From Basidiobolus meristosporus CBS 931.73 (lineage: Eukaryota > Fungi > Basidiobolomycota), in contig MCFE01000564.1 in the NCBI GenBank assembly GCA_002104905.1, forward strand, positions 1-57,505: a stretch of 57,505 nucleotides of DNA, written 5' to 3'. Shown piece by piece: positions 48,711 through 57,505 of the stretch (its first letter is position 1; each line of letters begins with the position of its first letter). Made by a program: the position numbers and the translations under genes. The notes under the pieces are model-generated. The model searched no databases. It worked only from the letters and a program-made list of their open reading frames with translations, and was not told where the DNA came from.

Positions 48711-51700
48711 AGCTGTCACTCTTTGCAATGTCTACTACTGCTATTACTGGAATTTTCCCCTCTGCTGAAAAGTTGTATGGATCTAACTACCAAGTGTAGT
48801 AGGTGAAGATGAAGTTGCTGCTACAGGAATGAGGCCTTTGGGATATTGTCATGGGAGAAGAATGCCCTCCTAAAAACGTGGGAGAGCAAGCCTTGAAGTA
48901 TCAGAAGAAAGAACAAAGTGCCTTTAACTGCATTTGCCTTAGTGTTAAGGACAAATTGCTAATTCAATGCTCAAGAGCAAAAACAACAAAGAATGCCTGG
49001 AAGGCATTACAAGACATCTACCAGTCATGTTCAGCTGTTAAGAAAATGTATCTGAGACAAAAATCTTTACTACAAAGATGCTGCCAGGAGAAGTAATGAA
49101 ACATCTAATTAACACAATTACCCTGCTGGTAGATGAAATGGAATCTGTGGGTGTACCAACTACTGATGAGGATGTGATAGTTACCATCCTGAATAGCCTG
49201 AAAGACACGTTTTAGGGCCATATATCAGTCCTAGAGTCCAGAACTGATGATTTGACCTTAAATTATGTATATGGAAGGCTCCTGGATGAAGAATTAAAAA
49301 AATCAGGCGCAAATAAGAAGGAAGAAGAAAATGCTTTAGTAAGCAATGACAACCAACAATGGAGGTAGCCAAGACCCTACAAAGGCAACAGCAACCTGTT
49401 TTGCAACTACTGCAAAAGGAAAGGACACACATCAGACCAGTGCTTCAAAAAGAAAGATAGTCAGCAGAAAAAGCCTGAATATGGAAATGTTGCAACAACT
49501 GAAGATAGACTATTCATATTGGCACTGAATATGACCACAAACAAGGATTCTCAGACATGGTATATTGACTCTGGAGCATCTCAACACTTTGCACACCAAA
49601 AAGTACTTTTACCCAATATAAGGAAATTCCAATGAAGAAGGTTTTCATGGGTGAAAATAGAACACTTAATACAGTGGGAGAAGGAACTATCCAAGTAAAC
49701 CTAAGAAGCAGTAAAGAAAGCCATACACTGACCTTTAAAGAAGTACACTATGTACCAGAAATAGCCAAGAACCTACTATCTGTATGCAAGGCCACTGCAG
49801 AAGGACTCAGTTTCAGCTTTGACAATTCTAGATGCAAGATCACTGATCAGAATGGTGCCCATATTGCTTTGAGCATCAGAGATTAGAACCTATACAAGTT
49901 GACTTATATTCCATCATATTTGGAAGCCAATATAAGTAACTTAAATGAAGAAACACCAATGCTTTGGCACTGGAGATTTGGGCACATCAGTTTTGATTAT
50001 TTGCACAAAATGATCAAAGATCAGCTAATTTCTGGTATAAAAATTGATCCCTGAGCCAATTTGGAGCACTGTGAAGCCTGCATATATGGGAAACACAAAA
50101 GACAACTGTTCAAGAGCTCTGAGTTAATCAAAACTAAGAAAAAATTAGATCTAATTCACTCAGATCTGTGTGGACCTATGCAAAATTTATCCTTGGGCAG
50201 GATGAAGTATTTAATCACTTTTATTGATGATTATATAAGATACACATGGGTCTACTTCATGGAGAGAAAGGTAGAAGCTCTGTCAAAGTTCAGGGAGTTT
50301 AAGCCATGGTGGAGAGAGAAACTGGTGAAAAAATCAATAAAATACAATCTGACATTGGTGGACAATATACCTCAAAACTTTTCATCCACTTCCACAAAAT
50401 TCATGGGATAAAGCAAGAGACTACTGTACCATACTCCCCACAGCAAAACAGAGTAGCAGAATGTACTAGCAGATCATGAGTTACTGCAATGAGAGTAAAG
50501 CATACAGACTCTACAATACCAAAGCAAAGAAGCTAATCAAGTCCAGCAATGTGTTGTTTGATGAAGATTCAAGATTTTCACAAAAAATGACATCAGATGA
50601 TGACAAAAATCTGATCTCAAGTCTACCAGTTGTCAGGATCAAATCAGAGCAAAACAATGAAAATTTTTTCACTCCTGAGGACTCTACAACCATGGTTCAG
50701 CCAGAATCAGTGCCCAGGAATATCCCCAAGGTGATCATTCCAGTATCAAATGCCTGGTGATCTAATTGGACAAGAAATAGCCCAAACTACTATATCAATG
50801 AGGGTACATACTTAGCCTATGCCTATTCAGTCCATATTGATGAAAACCAGACTGTAAAAGAGGCCCTAAATAGGCCTCAGGCAAAGTTTTGGAGATCTGC
50901 AATGACTGAGGAACATCAGGCCCTGATGGAAAATCAAACTTGGGACGTAGTCAAGTTACCAATTAACCATAAATCAATTGGATGGAGATGGGTCCTCAAG
51001 ACACAATACAAGGCTGATGGTACAATTGAAAGATACAAAGCAAGACTTGTAGCCAAAGGATACTCTCAGACAAAAGGACTTGACTATACTGAGACCTTTG
51101 CACTGGTAGCCAAGTTTAATTCCATCAGATTAATATTGGCTATTGCAGCCAAATATAAGTTTTTTATTCATCAAATGGATGTAGAAACTATATTTTTGAA
51201 TGAAGAACTTGATGAGGATGTGTATATGGACAAGCCTGATGGGTTTGTTGACCAAGATAACCCTGATTTGGTCATCAAGCTTAAAAAGTCACTATATGGT
51301 CTCAAACAATCACCAAGAGCCTGGAATTGCAAGATAGATTCTTATTTGGAATCTTTGAGTTTCAAAAGGAGTAATGCTGACTATAGTATATACTATAAGC
51401 CAGATAGAGCAAATCCAGTTCTATTAGTTCTATATGTGGATGATCTTATTATAGCCGCCAATGACCTAGAAACATTGGAAGAGACTAAAACCAGCCTATC
51501 TAAGGAGTTCAAGATGTCCAATCTAGGAGAACTTGGTTACTACTTAGGGATTAAGTTCTACATAGACAGAAGTACCCAGACTATTACCCTAAGCCAATCC
51601 AAGTATATTCAAGATATACTAAAGAAGTACAAAATGGAAGACTGTAAACCGGCAGCTACCCCAATGGAGACAAACCTCAACTTGGTCAACACTCAACCAA

Positions 51701-52276
51701 ATCAAGCAAGCTTGGTGCCATCTAAAAGCCCTTACTTTCCTTATCAATCTATGCTCAACAGTTGGATGTGTATCATGCTTGAAACATGTCCAGATATCCT
51801 ATATTCAGTGGGAGTTGTCAGCCAACATAATCAGAACTATGGATCTGATCATATTACTGCAGTTAAGCAGATATTTAGATATCTGAAAGGAACTGCTGAT
51901 ATCTGCTTAAGATACACTTATAAGGATTCAGAACAGAATCTTATGGGATACTCTGATGCTGATTGGGGACAAAATTTGGAAGACAGAAGATCCACCACAG
52001 GATACACCTTTCTTTACTGTAAAGGAGCACTTTCATGGAATTCAAGAAAGCAACCAACCGTAGCACTTCCCTACCACAGAGGCAGAGTATATGGCAGCCT
52101 GTGAGGCTACAAAAGAAGCAATGTGGTTAGGAAAGCTTGATACAGATTTAGGCATATGTCAAAAAATGCCTATTCCTTTAATTCAGGATAATCAAGGATG
52201 TATACAATAGACCTGTTCCTTAGGATAGTGCCACATTGAGCCATGAGTGCCAAATGATGCCATACTGTGCCAGGGA

Positions 52277-52300
52277 GGCCAAGTGAGCCTACACTTGGCC
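52277..52300. repeat. Perfect 9-bp GC-rich hairpin (GGCCAAGTG-agccta-CACTTGGCC) in the non-copia spacer
   Basis: Read directly from the sequence; preceded by several closely spaced GCCA motifs (52229-52272). Confidence 0.85.
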
Positions 52301-52346
52301 ACAGAGTGTGAAACATAGATCTGCATCTTCATGCAAAGCACCCCTG

Positions 52347-52654
52347 TGTTTCACTCATTATGGTGGAGAAAATCCATTTTTTGACCATTTTTTTGAGGTA
52401 AATGTTGCACAGGATGTGCAAGTGCACAAAAGTATTGAAGATATGCATCTGGTACTCAATACCCATGGAACTCTGAATCTAGGTCCTTTGGTTTGTGACA
52501 TATTACAAGCCACAGGAGCTAGATTCAGAGTTCCATGGGTATTGAGTACCAGATATATATCTTCAATCCTTTAGTGCTCTTACACATCCTGTACAATATT
52601 GATCCACAAAAAAACGTCAAAAAATGGATTTTCTCCTACATCATAGGTAAAACA
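52347..52654. repeat. 308-bp foldback palindrome (152-bp arms, 4-nt loop); MITE/foldback-like
   Basis: Arms 52347-52498 and 52503-52654 align ungapped with 25 mismatches (~84%), including a perfect 36-bp stretch (52447-52482 / 52519-52554). Confidence 0.93.
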
Positions 52655-53003
52655 TGTTGTAAGAGTCTTGAAGATATTGGAAGTGATTGGGAGAACAAGT
52701 AGATTATGTGGTTTTCACTTAATGATTTATTGAATGTAAAAGTGGTATTTATACTTTTACCTGGTCTTGGCATTACAAACATGTAGAATAGGTTAAGGAA
52801 GGTCCCAAGAACATGTGTGCAAAGTTTGGGGCTGTTTGGACAACTTTGAGAATTTTCATGTTCTGGGTACCTGGTATTTTGGTGAAAATATTCTAAGTAA
52901 ATCCCAACAAGAAATTTGGTCAGTATTCTCCAGGATTTGAAGGTGATGATCTAAGTGACTAAGTTAGGTGAGTATTTAGGTGGAAATACAAATTTTTACA
53001 ACA
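52655..53003 (-). repeat. 3' LTR of copia B (349 bp)
   Basis: 16 substitutions relative to 56972-57320 by manual comparison; TG/CA termini. Confidence 0.96.
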
Positions 53004-53012
53004 CTCCCACTC
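53004..53012 (-). other. Polypurine tract (GAGTGGGAG) of copia B
   Basis: Lies between the pol stop codon and the 3' LTR start. Confidence 0.85.
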
Positions 53013-56000
53013 AGCTAAATGTTCATACTGACTAGTCCTAATTTTGACCTAAGATATTCAAACTTGTCTCTAGCTAATGGTTTGGAAAATATGTCTGCAA
53101 TCATTTCATCTGTAGAACAGTAAACTAAGCTAACTAAGTTATTCTCTATAGCTTCATGTATGAAATGATGTCTAATATCTATGTGCTTGGTTCTAGCATG
53201 AAAAGTTGGATTTCTACCTAATTGTATACATCCTTGATTATCTTGAAATAAAGTAATAGGCGTTTTTTGACATAAGCCTAAATCTGTAAACAGCTTTCTT
53301 AACCACATTGCTTCTTTTGTAGCTTCACAGGCTGCCATATACTCTGCCTCTGTAGTAGAAAGTGCTACGGTTGGTTGCTTTCTTGAATTCCATGAAATTG
53401 CTCCTTTTCAGTAAAGAAAGGTGTATCCTGTGGTGGATCTTCTGTCTTCCAAATTTTGTCCCCAATCAGCATCAGAGTATCCCACAAGATTCTGTTCTGA
53501 ATCCTTATAAGTGTATCTTAAGCAGATATCAGCAGTTCCTTTAGGTATCTAAAAATCCGCTTAACTGCTGCAATATGATCAGATCCATAATTCTGATTAT
53601 GTTGGCTGACAACTCCCACTGAATATGAGATATCTGGACGTGTTCCAAGCATGATATACATCAGACTGCCAACCATAGACTGCTAAGGAAAGTCAGGGCT
53701 TTCAGATGGCACTAAGCTCTCTTGATTTGGTTGAGTTTTGACCAAGTTAAGGTTTGTCTCCATTGGGGTAGCTGCCGGTTTACAGTCTTCCATTTTGTAC
53801 TTCTTTAGTATCTCTTGAATATACTTGGATTGGCTTAGGGTAATAGTCTGGGTACTTCTGTCTATGGAGAACTTAATCCCTAAGTAGTAACCAAGTTCTC
53901 CTAGATTGGACATCTTGAACTCCTTAGATAGGCTGGATTTAGTCTCTTCCAATGTTTCTAGGTCATTGGCGGCTATAATAAGATCATCCACATATAGAAC
54001 TAATAGAACTGGATTTGCTCTATCTGGCTTATAGTATATACTATAGTCAGCATTACTCCTTTTGAAACTCAAAGATTCCAAATAAGAATCTATCTTGCAA
54101 TTCCAGGCTCTTGGTGATTGTTTGAGACCATATAGTGACTTTTTAAGCTTGATGACCAAACTAGGGTTATCTTGGTCAGCAAACCCATCAGGCTGGTCCA
54201 TTTACACATCCTCATCAAGTTCTCCATTCAAAAATGCAGTTTTTACATCCATTTGATGAATAGAAAACTTACATTTGGCTGCAATAGCCAATAATAATCT
54301 GATGGAATTAAACTTGGCTACCGGTGCAAAGGTCTCAGTATAGTCAAGTCCTTTTGTTTGAGAGTATCCTTTGGCTACAAGTCTTGCTTTGTATCTTTCA
54401 ATTGTACCATCAGCCTTGTATTTTGTCTTGAAGACCCATCTGCATCCAATTGATTTATGGTTGCTTGGTAATTTGACTAAGTCCCAAGTTTGATTCTCCA
54501 TTAGGGCCTGATATTCCTCAGTCATTGCAGATCTCCAAAACTTTGCTTGAGGCCTATTTAGGGCCTCTTTTACAGTCTGGTTTTCATCAATATGGACTGA
54601 ATAGGCATAGCCTAAGTTTGTACCCTCATTGATATAGTAACTTGGGCTATTTCTTGTCCAAATGGATCTCCAGGCAATTGATACTGGAATGATCACTTCT
54701 GAGATATTCCTGGGCACTGATTCTGGCTGAACCACGGTTGTAGAGTCCTCTGGAGTGAAAAATTTTCATTGTTTTGCTCTGATTCGATCCTGACAATTGG
54801 TGGACTTGAGATCAAATTTTTGTCATCAACTGATGTCATTTTTTGTGAAAATTTTGAATTTTCATCAAACAACACATCCCTGGACTGGAAAAGCTTCTTT
54901 GCTTTGGTACTGTAGAGTCTGTGTGTCTTACTCTCATTGCAGTATCCCAAAAATATGCATTTTACACTTTTTGGCTCAAATTTTGACTGATTTCCGGCCA
55001 GTTTCTTGGCATATGCTGTACACCCAAATATTCCTAGATGTTCTGCACTTGGTCTGTATCCATACCATGCTTCAAATGGAGTAGAATCACGAAGTATTCT
55101 GTTATAACTCCTATTTTTAAGGTATACAGCAGTGGCAACTGATTTTGCCCAAAAATCATAGGATAATTTTTGATCATGGATCATAGATGTTGCCATATCA
55201 ATTATTGATTGGTTAGCAGGTACTGCTACTCCATTTGGTTGTGGAGAATATGGTACAGTAGTCTCTTGCTCTATCCCATGAATTTTGCAGAAGTGGATGA
55301 AGAGTTTTGAGGTATATTGTCCACCAATGTCAGATTGTATTTTATTGATTTTTTCACCAGTTTCTCTCTCCACCATGGCTTAAACTCCCTGAGCTTAGAC
55401 AGAGCTTCTTCCTTTCTCTCCATGAAGTAGATCCATGTGTATCTTGTATAATCATCAATAAAAGTGATTAAATACTTCATCCTGCTTAAGGATAAATTTT
55501 GCATAGGTCCACACAGATCTGAGTGAATTAGATCTAATTTTTTCTTAGTTTTGATGAACCCAGAGCTCTTGAAAAGTTGTCTTGCTTGTTTCCCATATAT
55601 GCAGGCTTCACAGTGCTCCAAACTAGCTGGGGGATCAATTTTTACTCCAGAAATTAGCTGATCTTTGATTGTTTTAGGCAAATAATCAAAATTGATGTGC
55701 CCAAATCTCCTGTGCCAAAGCATTGGTGTTTCTTCATTTAAGTTACCTATATTGACTTCCAAATATGATGGAATATAAGTCAACTTGTATAGATTCTGAT
55801 CTCTGATACCCAAAGCAATATGGGCACCATTGAAATCAGTGATCCTTCATCCAGAATTGTCAAAACTGAAACTGAGTCCTTCTGCTGTGGCCTTGCTTAC
55901 AGAGAGTAGGTTATTGGCTATTTCTGCTACATAGAGTACGTCTTTAAGGTCAGTATATATCTTCCTTCACTGCTTCTAAGGTTTACTTGGATAGTTCCTT

Positions 56001-56959
56001 CTCCCACTGTATCAAGTGTTCAATTTTCACCCATGAAAACCTTCTTAATATTGGGTAAAAAGCTCTTTTTGGTGTGTAAAGTGTTGAGAAGCTCCAGAGT
56101 CAATATACCACATCTGAGAATCCTTGTTTGTGGTCATATTTAGTGCAGATATGAATAGTCTATCTTCAGTTGTTGCAGCATTTCCATATTCAGGCTTCTT
56201 TTGCTGATAATCACTCTTTTTGAGACACCAGTCTGATGTGTGTCCTTTCCTTTTGCAGTAGTTGCAAAATAGGTTGCTGTTGCCTTTGTAGGGTCTTGGG
56301 TACCTCCTTTGTTGGTCATCATTGCTTATTAAAGCATTTTCTTCTTCCTTCTTATTGGCGCTTGATTTTCTTAATTCTTCATCCAGGAGCCTTCCATATA
56401 CGTAATTTAAGGTCAAATCTTCAGTTCTGGACTCTAGGGCTGATACAAGGCCCTGAAACTTGTCTGTCAGGCTATTCAGGATGGTAACTATCACATCCTC
56501 ATCAGTAGTTGGTACGCCCACAGATTCCATCTCATCTACCAGCAGGGTAATTATGTTAATTAGATTTTTCATTTCTTCTCCTGGCAGCATCTTTGTAGTA
56601 AAGAATTTTTGTCTCAGATACATTTTCTTGGCAGCTGAACATGACTGGTAGGTGTCTTCTAATGCCTTCCAGGCATTCTTTGCCGTTTTTGCTCTTGAGC
56701 ATTGAAATAGCAATTTGTCCTTGACATTAAGGCAAATGCAGTTAAAGGCACTTTGTTCTTTCTTGTGGTCCTTTAAAGCTTCCTCTCCCACGCTTCAGGA
56801 GGGCATTCTTCTCCCATGACAATATCCCAAAGGCCTCTTTCTTGTAGCAGCATCTTCATCTTCACCTTCCACACTTGGTAGTTAGATCCATCCAACTTTT
56901 CAGCAGAGGGAAAAATTCCAGTAATAGCAGTAGTAGACATTGCAGAGAGAGACAGCTTG

Positions 56960-56971
56960 GGGCTCATAACC
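56960..56971 (-). other. Primer-binding site GGTTATGAGCCC of copia B (half tRNA-iMet)
   Basis: Abuts the 5' LTR end at 56972 on the minus strand. Confidence 0.9.
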
Positions 56972-57320
56972 TGTTGTAAGAGTTTTGGAGATATTAGAAG
57001 TGATTGGGAGGACAAGTATATTATGTGGTTTTCACTTAATGATTTATTGAATGTAAAAGTGGTATTTATACTTTTACCTGGTCTTGGCATTACAAGCATG
57101 TAGAATAGGTTAAGAAAGGTCCCAAGAATATGTGTGCAAAGTTTGGGGCTGATTGGACAACTTTGAGAATTTTCATGCTCTGGGTACCTGGTACTTCGGT
57201 GAAAATATTCTAAGTAAATCCCAACAAGGAATTTGGTCAGTATTCTCTAGGATTTGAAGGTGATGATCTAAGTGACTAAGTTAGGGGAATATTTAGGTGG
57301 AAATACAAATTTTTACAACA
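56972..57320 (-). repeat. 5' LTR of copia B (349 bp)
   Basis: Direct repeat of 52655-53003 with TG...CA termini. Confidence 0.96.
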
Positions 57321-57505
57321 AAGATATCCTAAAGACATACCAAATGCATAACTGCAAACTGGCACCTACCCCAAATGAGACCCTATGAAAAATTATTGAG
57401 ATAATCCCATCAAAAGGCTGTCACAAAGATAAAGCCTAGTGACTAAGAGGTAATGATCCTATCAGGACACTGTCCAGAGACCATTGATAAATAATTGCAC
57501 CCCAG

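Larger units (their letters stand above)
48348..52208 (+). mobile_element. Ty1/copia LTR retrotransposon copy A: defective, 3'-truncated within RNase H, no 3' LTR, ~260-bp deletion in integrase
   Basis: 5' LTR + PBS + gag (ATG 48728; CNYCKRKGH knuckle), protease WYIDSGASQH, HCEAC / LDLIHSDLCGP integrase, RT (KARLVAKGY, LYVDDL), RNase H start (YSDADW, QDNQGC). Many stops and frameshifts; homology to copy B ends at ~52208. Confidence 0.96.
52655..57320 (-). mobile_element. Ty1/copia LTR retrotransposon copy B: full length (4666 bp), both LTRs present, coding region inactivated
   Basis: Domain order gag-PR-IN-RT-RH. Lesions: 1-bp frameshift in gag (~56790), ~14-bp deletion after the protease motif (~56045), TAT>TAA stop at 54202-54204, further frameshifts. 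RNase H RTKHIDIRHHF and pol stop at 53015-53017. Confidence 0.97.

Noticed and set aside
56045-56800. Frame changes in copia B as possible programmed frameshifting or readthrough
   Set aside because: Copy A is in frame at the same positions, so these are private indels and nonsense mutations.

Overview
Eukaryotic genomic DNA from an intron-bearing fungus. Short GT-AG introns (mostly 55-70 nt) with CTAAC/CTGAC branch points, a YNPFEVK-type homeodomain protein, Rac1, a GDP-fucose-type transporter and a GH9 suggest an early-diverging lineage (Zoopagomycota/Mucoromycota-like); this is inference, not a database result. The window has two compartments. (1) 1 to ~46 kb is gene-rich and CpG-rich, with about 16 genes: homeodomain TF, bacterial-type branched-chain aminotransferase, group XII-like secreted PLA2 with the catalytic His replaced by Lys, secreted tyrosinase, an orphan, GDP-fucose-type transporter, rolling-stone-like membrane protein, GCN5, GH9 endoglucanase, Pho80-like cyclin, C2H2 TF, CLIP-170, Rac1, TBC Rab-GAP, CCDC90/FMP32 and cytochrome c1. 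(2) ~47.4 to 57.5 kb is an almost CpG-free repeat block: three older LTR relics, a truncated Ty1/copia copy (+), a 446-bp spacer holding a 308-bp foldback palindrome, and a full-length but dead copia copy (-) of the same family, together forming a ~9-kb inverted arrangement. Both copies have a half-tRNA(iMet) primer site of the copia/Ty5 type. I found no CRISPR, rRNA or credible tRNA, and no single convincing novel multi-gene system. The best leads are the PLA2 pseudoenzyme, the bacterial-type BCAT and GH9, and the foldback/copia/CpG-desert architecture. All exon coordinates and counts were read by eye.
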